A DNA stretch of 64,000 nt. It comes from Octopus sinensis. Taxonomy: Eukaryota. The DNA lies in NCBI RefSeq assembly GCF_006345805.1, contig NC_042999.1:164176001-164240000 (forward strand). Direction: 5' to 3'. Of the stretch, positions 1-11,603 are shown in pieces. Below the pieces are notes generated by a model that saw only the letters and a program-made list of their open reading frames with translations, had not been told where the DNA came from and searched no databases. A program made the translations under genes and the position numbers. The stretch's first letter is position 1; every line of letters starts with the position of its first letter.

Positions 1-1380
1 ATTGAAAACCGCCATTCTACAGACCTCTGCAGAAATCCTTGAGTTTACGAAGAATAAGAAGAACACGGACTGGTTTGACGAAAACGATGTACTGATCCAG
101 CAACAACCAATCAGAATGGAACTAGATGAGCCTCTAACCCTGGAAGAGACCACAGTTGCTATAGGCCGGCTGAAGATTAGAAATGCAGCAGGAGTCGATG
201 GCATACAACCAGAGACATGGAATCATGAGGGCCTTGTCCTACATGCTAAACTCCACGAGCTCCTCGTTGCATACTGGGAATAGGGCAAGTTGCCACAAAA
301 TCTCCGCGATGCTGTCATCATTACACTGTACAAAAGCAAACGGGCAAGTCAGACTTCAAACTACCGGGGGATCACCCTGCTTTTCACTGCAGGAAAAGTT
401 CTAGCAAGATTGATCCTCAACAGACTTGTTCTGCCCATCGCCGAAAATCATTTCCCAGAAAGCCAATATGGTTTCAGAGCCAAAAAGTGCGCCACAAATA
501 TTGTTTTCGTTCTCAAGCATCTCCAAGAAAAGTCCCGGGAGTAAAACAAAGTACTTTATGCAGCATTTGTCGATCTGACAAAAGCGTTCGACACTGTGAG
601 CAGAAAAAGGTCTGTGGCAGATTCTAAACCGACTCGGTTGTCCCCCAAAATTCCTAACAATCATCATTCAACTTCATGAATACCAACAAAGACAAGTCTG
701 CCTGAACAGCGACATATCAGAGCCATTCCCCATCAACAACGGCATGAAGCAGGGTTGTGTCCTGTCACCAACTCTCTTCAGCATTTTCTTCAGCATGATG
801 TTTAGGCAGACCACTGCAGACCTCGAAGCTGAAGACTGCGTTTACATCAGGTACCGTCTTGATGGTAGTCTTTTCAACCTTGGCGCCTACAGGCCCATAA
901 CAAGACCCAAGAGCAATTGATCCTGGACCATCTCTTTGTAGATGATGCCGCACTTGTCGCACACACAGAAAGAGCCCTGCAGCGCATCACATCCTGATTT
1001 GCAGAGGCCGCCCAGCTCTTCAAGATAGAAATAAGCTTGAAAAAGACTGAAGTCCTACACCAACTAGCTCCTGAGGAAGAGTACAACCCACCCCACATCA
1101 CCATTCCTGAAGCAGAACTGAAGTTGGTACAGCAGTTCTTGGATATACAATCTCATCAGACGCGAATATCAATAAAGAAATTGACATATTTTCAAACAAG
1201 GCAAACAAGGCATTTAGCAGACTGTAAAAGCGCGTGTGGAACAACAAGCATCTTAAGATCAGCTTGGCGTCACACCGTCAGCGATGTTGTTTCCTTCTTT
1301 GAGATTTCTCGCAGCGCCTCTCTTGAAGACAAACGTCAGAAGCGAAAAAAACAATGCAGCTGCCTCATCAGACCTTGAAT
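1..1380 (+). mobile_element. Degenerate RTE-clade (BovB-like) LINE, reverse transcriptase region, internally deleted
   Basis: Frameshifted peptides NTDWFDEND, AAGVDGIQPE, NYRGITLL..GKVLARLILNRL, ESQYGFR, AFVDLTKAFDTV, GMKQGCVLSPTLFS, LFVDD, KKTEVLHQ. Contains in-frame stops. Confidence 0.92.
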
Positions 1381-1392
1381 AACCATACCCCT

Positions 1393-1430
<38 letters not shown>

Positions 1431-1433
<3 letters not shown>

Positions 1434-1946
1434 TAAGTAATTAAGGGTTTAGCATCGATTTGCCTCACCACACACCGAATTTAGAAATAGCAGTCAAAGA
1501 GTTATGGCTATTCTTTCTACTTAAAAGGGAGATCCCAGTAAAACCACAGCACTTAAAAGGCAAACAACGCAGGCAAAAGAGAAAGAAATGACGACAATCA
1601 TTCTATATTAAGTCACCTACGGACGTACGTTTCGAAATTAAGTCATAGGAAAGCATGAAAATTAAATAATTATGTCTTACCCAACTATTTTTCTCTTCAG
1701 CGTAGGACTCTTCAATTATAAATAATTGCGTCTCAATTATTCATAATTGTGTATTAAATTTGAAGGCACTAGAAACATTGCTATTTCTAAATTCGGTGTG
1801 TGGTGAGGCAAATCGTTGCTAAACCCTTAATTACTTAGTATTACTTAAACCTTCCTTGAATGGGGCTTTTACATGCCGAAATCTACTTGGTGAAATTAAT
1901 GATTATTCCAAATTAATTAATTTCACCCTATATTATTATTGATAAT
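1431..1946. mobile_element. Penelope-like pseudo-LTR fragments in inverted arrangement, inserted in (TA)n
   Basis: About 62-bp inverted repeat (1431-1492 vs 1779-1839, one mismatch), an embedded hammerhead motif, and (TA)n on both sides. The PLE assignment is inferred from this architecture. Confidence 0.7.
1616..1706 (-). ncRNA. Type I hammerhead ribozyme (dimer-type stem III)
   Basis: Minus strand: CCUACG-CUGAAGA-GAAA..(long loop)..UUUC-GAAA-CGUACG-UC^CGUAGG. Core is complete, with a GUC triplet, 6-bp stem I and palindromic stem III. Confidence 0.85.
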
Positions 1947-3497
1947 TATATATATATATATATATATATACGACAGGCTTTTTTCAGTTTCCGTCTACCA
2001 AATCCACTCACAAGGCTTTGGTCGGCCCGAGGCTATAGTAGAAGACGCCCAAAGTGTCACGTAGTGGAACTGAGTCCGGAACCATGTATATAAACGCATC
2101 TATGCATTTTCTGAACTTGTGTGTATGTGCCTGGATGTGTGTATGTCAGTGAGTGACTGTGTGTGTTGCATAAGTAAATTTGAAAGGTTATAAAAGTATA
2201 TGTGTGTGTATAAGTTTATGTGTGCATGTGAATGAATATGTGTACATGTATGTGATTGTATGCGTGCAAGTTCGCAAATATAAAACATCTTTTCTACAAG
2301 AAGTCACATTCTTCATTATTTCTAAAATAGATTAGTGAAGACAACGAAAAAAGTGTTGCAAAGTATGAAGGAATTTTATGGTTGCATGAAATTGTTCCAT
2401 TCTCAGGAAATTTCATTTACCATTCTATTTTACGGAAACAATATGAATAGTTCACAGATTTCTTTTTATTTCCAACTGACTCGGCTGAGATGTTGGGAAA
2501 TTATTGATGCAAGCAGTTCTTTTGATCTTTGCCGCACATATGTCTTGTGAAGAGAGAAATAAATTAGCCTGGTGTCTATGAATGAAATAGCAATGAAGAG
2601 ATACTTCCTTATGCAAACAGCTTCGGTGGATATTCAATAATTACAGTCATGAATGGTAATGCATTCTTTAGTGGTTTTTTTTTACATTTTGTTTTCTTTT
2701 CAACAGAATATGACTGTCGCCTGACGTAGCTTTCTATTGAGATAATCTCTATGGAAGATGAAGTCTGGTGCAAAACACAAACAAGCGAAGCTAACCTTAC
2801 AAAGAAACGGAAAAGACTGGAGAGAAACAAATAATTCCAATTGTTTAAACAAGGTCCTTGCTCTATAATCAATACCAAGAATTTGCCTGCATAGAAATCC
2901 TTCTTCAGAGAAATATAATTAAAAAAGCAAATAAATAGAACTAAAACTTCGTAAATAAAGATGAAATGTAATGAATAGAAGTAATTATGTTACAAATGAT
3001 AAGTTAGTCAACGAATTATTTCAAATATAATTCGCGGAATGCAAGAAACGTGACGAAACTCATCTGTGCATTGGAAAATCTTCATTTTAAAGGACAAAAT
3101 CCATTTACTATTTTTGGAGGGAAGACAAGGTGTTGGTTAACAGAAATTAAATGTTCGACAAACATGGCTTTTATCTCAAAGCGAGGTTTCCTTCCCATTT
3201 AACGAAAATTTCCACATTATTTTCAACTTGTCCAAGAAACAAATGAAACATCGAAACCGATAACAGAAATAGTAAAATACATACATTTGAGTGAGCAGTG
3301 AACAATGAATTTTTATCCTGACTGACTTTCGGAAAATCGTGATATGAGATACTAATTTTAATCAAGAATTTTAAGAGATATAGTAAAACAATGAATTCTT
3401 GCCATTAGTAAGTTGATGTTTGGAATATAGTTAACCACTACGCCATATGCCCACGGGCTACTAACCCCAAGATTCCGAGTTCGATTCCAGGCAGTGA

Positions 3498-3545
<48 letters not shown>

Positions 3546-3547
<2 letters not shown>

Positions 3548-4077
3548 GCCCTGATGCAGTACCAGGCAGTGGCTCTCATGGCTTCTGATCTTAACTGATT
3601 GGAAGTGTTACTATATGCATTGCTTTGTCTTGGTATAAAACATGGGCTACAGCAAATATTCTGCTCAATACCACAGATTTGCTTGTCAGTTGTTTGACCT
3701 TAACCAGTTGAGCATGTCCCTTAGTGGCTGACGATATGTGCATCTCTGATCACGAGCAGAAGTAGTGGGGAAGAATCATAGCCGTGTGTTGAGAGGGATT
3801 CTTTGGGGTTTGAATAATTCACCTCTATCCTTAAACAACCCTTATTCGGGGATCTTTTGAGCGGGATGGGTTACTCGACTAGAAGAAAATTCTAACTGGA
3901 TCCCACCTGCTAGGCCATGTGCTGTTTATCTTGATATGAGACCACCATGTCACACACATATGGTTGTGATGCGTGTGACTGGTGTATCCTTATCAGACAG
4001 GTAGTCATGATGGGTATACTGGGCTTCGTATATTTTACCCCAGTGTCACTTTGATAGCATGCACTGCTCTCTCACTC
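3546..4077. mobile_element. About 530-bp interspersed element inserted in an (AAT)n tract (possible Dong/R4-related non-autonomous element)
   Basis: GC-richer non-coding block flanked on both sides by AAT repeats and splitting the SINE above. The family assignment is inferred only from the target. Confidence 0.5.
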
Positions 4078-4143
4078 AATAATAATAATAACAATATCGA
4101 AAAATACCTTAGGAACGAGAACCCAGGTTCGAAATTTCCCCAA

Positions 4144-4189
4144 GACACCTGATGAAAGCTTGAGGGAATATCAGCCGAAACGTTGTGTT
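4144..4189 (+). ncRNA. Minimal type I hammerhead ribozyme motif (partly degenerate)
   Basis: GACAC-CUGAUGA-aa-GCU..AGC-c-GAAAC-GUU^GUGUU. Stem III is ACGU with no loop (dimer only). A.C mismatch at the base of stem II. Confidence 0.65.
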
Positions 4190-4450
4190 AACAACAAACA
4201 AGATGAGGACAAATATCCGTCAAATGTAAATAATGTAAATAATAGTTAACAGAAGTTGCATAAAATTATATAAAGTTTTAATTTATAAAAACCCTTAAAA
4301 CAGGAAATTATATGTCCTTGAAGCAGAGATTTTTGTAAGAATTTTTTTGTAAGAAATTTCCTCTGTTGTCAATAATGATTTCTAACATTATAACGAGGTT
4401 CGACCTATCCAATTCTTATCTGATTAGTAATTAATATATATTCAAATGAA

Positions 4451-4830
4451 GGCGGCGTGCTGGCAGAATCGTTAGCACGCCGGGCGAAATGTGTAACCGT
4501 ATTTCGTCTGCCGCTACGTTCTGAGTTCAAATTCCGCCGAGGTTGACTTTGCCTTTCATCCTCTCAGGGTCGATAAATTAAGTACCAGTTACGCACTGGG
4601 GTCGATATAATCGACTTAATCCGTTTGTCTGTCCTTGTTTGTCCTCTCTGTGTTTGGCCCCTTGTGGGTAGTAAAGATATAGGTATTTCATCCGTCTTTA
4701 CGTTCTGAGTTCAAATTCCGCCGAGGTCGACTTTGCCTTCATCTTTTCGAGCTCAATAAAATAAGTACCAGCCAAGTTCTTATCCCCCGAAATTACTGGC
4801 CTTGTGCCAAAATTTGAAATCAAAATATAT
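4451..4830 (+). mobile_element. tRNA-derived SINE family A (ggcggcgagctggcagaatcgttagc... with gcctttcatcctttcggggtcgataaa central domain), dimeric copy
   Basis: A box TGGCAGAATCGTTAGC, B box GAGTTCAAATTC. More than 15 related copies occur in the window. Confidence 0.85.
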
Positions 4831-5069
4831 TCAAATGCTCATATATTCATACACAGAGAAGATTGACTGGATACCCTCATTTATTTGGTTCAGTTTAAAT
4901 AGTTGTAAGTCGCATAATGTCTATATGCATATATCTATATCTTATTTATTACTACTGAAGCAGTCGCCATTGTAAGTGAGAAAGGTTTCAATTTTATAAT
5001 TTAGTAATTTTTACCTTTTTCTTTTTTCAACACATTATGATTGTAATGTGAAAGTCAGACATTAATGAT

Positions 5070-7640
5070 GAAAGTGACGTCGGTCGGGAGAGGCAGCGGT
5101 GCGGGGTATTTGGGAGAAGAAAAAATAATTTGTTGCTTCTGCTGGCCAACGAAATTTCATTCTTTATGCTCGACCATATTTTTCTATTCGCATATTTCAG
5201 TGAACAAAAGAGATATGTCGGAGAATATCTGGATCAGTAGCGAAACGATAAGGTGATGGAGTTTGGACAAGGGGCCAAAGAAAGTATGACTTATAGCGAA
5301 ACTGTAGGAAGTGCCACGTTACGAAGTGTTTGCTGTTGTATCTGGAAGGGACTACGTTAACTCTGTACTCAGAGACGAGTGACGAAGACCAGTTAGACAC
5401 GGGGATCATCAGAGACTTTCGCAGTTGCCTCTAATGAGCTAGAAAGTGTTAAGTACATCAGAAAACAAGTGGACGCGTTAATGAGATTGGAAGGTTGATT
5501 GCTCTATCTGGACTTACCGGAGACAAATTCGAAAGTGGCTTACTTCCCTAATTAAATTTTGGTGGGGCTGCGGCGGTTGCCGGACATTGTGGCTGTGGGC
5601 GATTTAGTCACCAGGTCTTGATAGTCAATGTGAAACAAAACTCAAGAGAGATCTTGCAGCAGTGGTTTCGGTGAGATTTGGGGTAATGAAACCACCCTTT
5701 GAACATTCGAGGAATGTGCTTTAAAGATTACAAGCCACATATAATCGGGATCGCAAGAGCCCAATCCTGAATTGATTTGCTTCCAATGTAACAGGGTCAT
5801 TCTGGAAACTCTTGTAGATAGGAAAACAGTCACAGGAGAAGACTGCTATGCCGGTAGCTACTGCCTCAATTGGGTACAGGTAATCCCTCGTTCACTACCC
5901 GTATTCGAAATTGTGGTAGAGAGCATGGTGAGAGGGCCCTCTTGACACGGTTTGGACAACCACTTTAGTGACTAGAGGAAAGCTGGAGTGGGATCAGTAG
6001 TATGGAGGTGTTCAGGGGTAATGTGTTTAGGTCTAGAGGTACCAGATCTGTGCTTTTGATGGTACATGGAACACTATTTGATGCTTAGGTAATCGGGATT
6101 ATCCACATTGTTGATAGTGTCGATGGGTTGGGTATAGATATGATCTGCTGACAGGGAAACATTGTGAGCTCTGGAGAAAGAAATGTCTCTTATAGATTGT
6201 GGACAAAGATTTCTATACAGTTAGATGTCGAGCAATGTACAATTGAATTATATTGGTGAATTATTCTGGAAAGGAGTGACTCTAGTGCTGAAAGTAAGGT
6301 GAACCGTTAAGAGTGTTCTTTACAAAGTAGGGGAACAAGTTTATAATTGACTGCAAAACTACCGGGATGAATGAAAAGGTGGGCAAGTCGGTGTTTTAGA
6401 AGGATAATGAGATCCCAGAACTGAAAATTTCTCTGAGTCAAAGGAAACTGTTCTCCATGTGGAAGGCTGGCGGTCCTTTATCATTGAATCGCTCTGAATT
6501 CCATATAGCCATATCACGATAAGAACTGAGTGAGCGGGAAAGTGAAGGTGGAGAATAGGATAGTTACTATGATAAAAGACATAGTGGGGTGCGGAAGGAT
6601 CCTGTTAGAAGGAGCTGGTATGTGTTTAAATCCGAGAAAGAGGTTATATAGTATGGTGCTAGTAGTGGACAGAACTCTACTTTTGATAAAATAAAAAGTT
6701 GATTTTTATGTCGCAAGAGAGATCTTCGAAGATGGTTAGGTGTTAAGATCTATGGCAGTCAGCTAACCCTGCGCCGAACGTGCATAAGACGGGAAGATTC
6801 GAGCAGAAGACATTTGAAGGAGATGAACAGTTGATGTGGCACTTTACAAGATTCACTGTGAATTCGGAGAGGTGGCTATTTTGAGAGAGATTAAGGGAGA
6901 GTCAGTAACTGAAAGTGCGAGGGTGTCAAAGGAAATAAGTGATGTCTGACAATGTAGCATTTTGTTCAGAATCGCTGAAAAGGATGCTGGACAAGTGGAA
7001 TATCAAATGTTTCTTATGAATTGCACATAGGCTGAGCTTTGTTCTCGTATAACATGTCACCAAGGTTAGGCTTGGCGAATACCTCACTGACTCAGAGAAT
7101 AATGTTCCAGTTCGAATGGAGATATCCAAGTGCGATACTAATGGGTGTAGAAAAAGGATGCTCTCTGCACATTTCAAAGGGAGAGGAAACGGTGATGAAT
7201 AGGAATTCCTTGAACAATGTTTCGGTTGACTGAATTTCATGCCCTACTTTAGATGTAGAAAGCAAGTGATGACGAACGAGAAAAGGACGAGGCCAATATT
7301 ATGGTGCCGTGTCCTCCTCGGTGGACGAGTGACTACGAAATAGTGATGATGGTTTAGGTTATATTTTTCGAGTGTACATTGTTGTATAGAATGATGGTTA
7401 TTGCTTATTTTCATTGAATTATTTTGTAAGCTTGTTGCTGTATTTAGATCAGTGGGGCGTGCAATATGGTGAGCGAACACAGAGGTCACAAGTGACATCA
7501 AAAGAGCTAGGGACACATGACGTTCATGAGGTGGAAGAAGGAAGCCGTTTGTTGCATCTGGTGGTTATCAGAATTGAGTTATGGATAAGATTTTTCTTCT
7601 TCGTGAACTCCCTAACACCTCTTAGTGTTAGATGATACTA
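5070..7640 (-). mobile_element. Highly decayed L1/Tx1-like LINE 5' portion (ORF1 and AP-endonuclease relic)
   Basis: Minus-strand peptide remnants in APE motif order: MAIWNSE (~6510), WDLIILL.HRL (~6415), HIY (~6140), DLNT (~6030), KGWF (~5695). Possible broken CCHC knuckle at ~6850. Strong strand compositional skew. Confidence 0.4.
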
Positions 7641-8654
7641 ACTGTTGTAAGATCAGTTTATTTATTTATTTTTTTAGTGTTCGCCTATTCCACCATAGCA
7701 AAAATGGTATGAGTAAAAGATTAAAAAAAAATCCCTTGATATAATTAAGTTCTGAATTCAAACCTAGCCACGACTGTCTTTGCTTTTTATCCTTGCTGGG
7801 ATCGAAACCTTACAGTATCAAACCAGTACTGACGTTAGTATACTTTACTGTCTTCTCGACTACCCACTCCAACCACCACACAAAGAAACTGAGGTCTTTT
7901 ACCTGTGTTAGAAATCGTTGTTGTTATTGGCTTTTAAATGGTTTGACTGTTGCACATTTAGTTGTTTTACCAGTTTATTTCCACATGGATTCCTTCCATT
8001 CGGAGCCCACTAAACCGGTCTTTTTTTGCCAACACTTTGGTTGTTTGTTATTTTCAATCTGTCTGTAAAATTATCACAGGTCGTCAGAGTTAACTCTACA
8101 TTTGGATAACCTTCAATGATTGCCAGATACTTAATCGATAGTATTTTGAATAACTCGAACATAGCGTGTTTCTATGTTTACTAGCCATGTTCTCTCTCGG
8201 TCATCGTTGATCTCTTCCAATTGAAACATAAAAACGAAAACACACACACACACACATTCATAATTACACATTTGTCAGGAATTTATGCTAGTAACTGTTA
8301 TTATATACTTGCAATATAGCTATGAAATATACAAAAAAAAAAAGAAGTCTGAAAAATAATAGCCAAACATTTTCTACAGCATAGCGGTTAAAACGTCTAT
8401 TGGTGGTTTTTAAGTGACAACCAGTTCATGGACTCAATATAAATAGAACCATCAATGTAGAATCCCCAATTAAACATTATCGATTTTTGCTGAGTACCAT
8501 AAGAAAAGCAGTTATTAAATCGATTACAGTATCGCATTGACACTTATTTTTCGGTGATACCAAATAGAGAAAAACCAAATTCAACTCTTGCAAGATCTGC
8601 CGCCAGTAATTCTATAAACAATAACCGTGCTCCAATGCCGCTTCTTACTTTCTA

Positions 8655-10610
8655 ATATTGGCACAAGGCCAGCAACTTCGGGAGGCGGGGGATGAGTCGA
8701 TTACATTGATCCCAGAGCTCAACTGGTACTTATTTTATGGATCCCGAAAGGATCAGAGGCAAAGTTAACCTCGGTGGAATGTGAATTCATGCTAAGCATT
8801 TTACCCGGCGTGCTAACGATTCTACCAGCTCGACGCTTTGTTCATTGACAATATTGATTTCTAATATTAACTGGAAATATGTTCTGAGTTCAAATCCGCC
8901 GAGGTCGACTTTGTCTATCGTCCTTTCGGAGTCGATAGAATAAGTACCAGTTGAACACTTGGGGGTCGATGTCATCGATTTACCCATAGCCCCAAATTTA
9001 CTGGCCTTCTGTCAAAATTTGAAACCTATATTAGCACAAAATAGCAAAATTTGGAGGAGGTGATAGAGTCGACAAAAACGAGCCAGCATTTGATTGAACC
9101 AACTTATTTTGATGCCTCTAGAACTCGATAGGATTTGAATTCAGGGCGTACAAGGACGTAACTTAAACCTGAAAGGCTGTGAATTAGATTCTTCCTGCGT
9201 CATTTAATCCCTTGTTTGTATCATTCGTTACCCTTTATTTGGGAATTATTACAATAAAGGGTGAAATTATTATTTTTTTTCCTTTTTCCGTAATCCAAGA
9301 GAGATGGAGAGTTTCCTTTGCAAACATGAGATTGATACAATTGCTGCTCAGTCTCAAAAATCGCGGAGGGGGGGAAGTAAAATAAATTCCAGGTATATAC
9401 TGAAAGCAAGTTAATAATTATTGAATAAAATAATATCTGAGAGGAGTTGTTAATGAGATAGTTTCTAGGACTGTTAACTTCATCTTGAGACTTGAAAGAA
9501 TTTTCAATAATTACATCAATGAAGGCGTCGAACTGGCAGGACCGTTAGCGTTCCTGGTAAAATGCTTAGCGGCGTTTCGTCCGCCTTTACGTTCTGAGTT
9601 CAAATTTCGCTGAGGTCGACTTTGCCTTTCGTACTTTCGGGGTCGATAAAATACGTACCAGTTGAACACTAGGGTCGATGTAATCGACTTAGTCTCTCCC
9701 CGAAATTGCTGGCCTTGTGTCAAAATTTAAAACCTTTATCACAACAGAGTGATGGACTGGTAGAATCGTGGGAGCATGAAACAAAATAATACATTATGGT
9801 ATTTTGTTGCATCCCTCTTCGTTCTGAGTTGAACTATCACCAAAGTCAACTTTACCTTCCAGAGGTTGATGAAGTACCAGGGAAGTACTAGGGTTGATTT
9901 AATTGACTTACCCCCCTCCTTCAAATAGATTTGTGCTACAGCTAAAAACAGTTATTACGGGGATGGCAATAATTTTTTCGATTACAGGCACAAGGCCTGA
10001 AATTTTGGGGAGGGTGCTAGTTAATTATATCAACCCGAGTATGTAACTGGTACTTATTTCATAGAGCCCCGAATGGATGAAAGGTAGTCAACCTTGGCCA
10101 AATTTGAACTCAAAATGCAGAGCTGCCAGAAAAAATACCACTAAGCATTATGTCCAGCATGCTAATGACTGTCAGCTTGCCACAGCATGGCAATAATCCT
10201 TTCTACTATATCCATAAGACCAGAAATTTGTTGGGTAGTGGACTAGTCAATTGTATAGATGTCAGTGCCCATCTGATACTTATTTCATCGACCCTGAAAG
10301 AATGAAAAGCCAAGTCAAACTTGGCTGCACTGAAACTCTGAATGTAAGAACGGATGAAATGCCAGCAAGCATTTCGTCTGATTCTACCAGCTGGCCACTT
10401 TCACAGCATGGCAGTAATAATAATCAGTTAAGGCAGCGAGCTGGCAAAACCATTAGTACAACGGGCAAAATACTTAACAGCATTTTGTCTGTTTTTACCT
10501 GTTGTCCTTTCAGGGTCAATAAAATAAGTACCAGTTGAATACTGGGGTCAATGTAATTGACTTACACCCTCCCTCAAATTTGTGAACCTTGTGTAAAAAT
10601 TTGAAACCAA
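8655..10610. mobile_element. Cluster of family A SINE copies in both orientations
   Basis: Minus copies at ~8655-8833, ~9985-10190, ~10200-10400. Plus copies at ~8879-9030, ~9524-9735, ~9755-9950, ~10431-10610. Confidence 0.8.
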
Positions 10611-11199
10611 TAATAACAATTAGTTCCATGGATTCCCCTCAGAACTTGGACATTAAGCTTGTGTTATCTAAGTGGTTCTTAAACTCACAAATACCATTCC
10701 TGACCTCACAAACACAAGAAAAAATTACTGAATTTTTTTCACCATCTCTTTATTAATGAGAAAGCAAGATTTTGAGCTCATTTAATTTTTTCTTAGTCAT
10801 TGTTTTGGACGAATTAAGAAAGTTATAAATATTCTTAATTTTATTAAACCTAGCAATTTTTCTGCTCATTTCAATTGTCACAGCCTCACCACCTACAAAA
10901 AATCCTGTTCTAAGAGATGTTATGTTGTCCTCATGCCAATTACCTTGAACTTGACAAAAGAATAAGCCAAGTCTCTATAACGTTATTTCAATGATAATCT
11001 GTCCTGATGAATTTTGTCATAGATATTTCAGTTAATAATAAAAAGTTCATACATTTTGATAACTTCATATGTTGCGAGGATTAATGAATCTAATGCTAGG
11101 ATAGGGAACCTTTTTTTTGTTATGTTGGAAAGCTGCACTGAAAGCTGCACCCTCATCCAACCAGGCTGCATTTCATAAACATCTTTATACTCTCTCTCT

Positions 11200-11603
11200 T
11201 TTTACTCTTTTACTCTTTTACTTGTTTCAGTCATTTGACTGCGGCCATGCTGGAGCACCGCCTTTAGTCGAGCAAATCGACCCCGGGACTTATTCTTTGT
11301 AAGCCCAGTACTTATTCTATCGGTCTCTTTTTGCCGAACCGCTAAGTGACGGGGACGTAAACACACCAGCATCGGTTGTCAAGCAATGCTAGGGGGACAA
11401 ACACAGACACACACACACATATATATATATACATATATACGACAGGCTTCTTTCAGTTTCCGTCTACCAAATCCACTCACAAGGCATTGGTCGGCCCGGG
11501 GCTATAGCAGAAGACACTTGCCCAAGATGCCACGCAGTGGGACTGAACCCGGAGCCATGTGGTTGGTTAGCAAGCTACTTACCACACAGCCACTCCTGCG
11601 CCT
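11200..11603 (-). mobile_element. tRNA-derived CORE-type SINE family B, full length
   Basis: Minus strand ggcgcaggagtggctgtgtggtaag..gggttcagtccc..cttgggcaagtgtctt, internal (TA)(TG) tract, (gtaaaaga)n tail. Confidence 0.88.

Larger units (their letters stand above)
3431..4241 (+). mobile_element. tRNA-headed SINE with 3' hammerhead, 5'-inverted head, interrupted by a nested insert
   Basis: Inverted A-box half at 3431-3452, B box GAGTTCGATTC at 3477-3487, (AAT)n linker, body at 4094-4241, direct repeat ATAGTTAAC at 3427-3435 and 4242-4250. Confidence 0.7.

Noticed and set aside
3431-3500. Functional tRNA gene
   Set aside because: The 5' half is inverted, there is no proper acceptor stem and it is embedded in a repeat. 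The other tRNA-like heads in the window are also SINEs.
5380-5420. CUGAUGA on the minus strand as another hammerhead
   Set aside because: No stem II, GAAA or stem I partner. The same holds for hits near 11004, 13946, 60004 and 62768.
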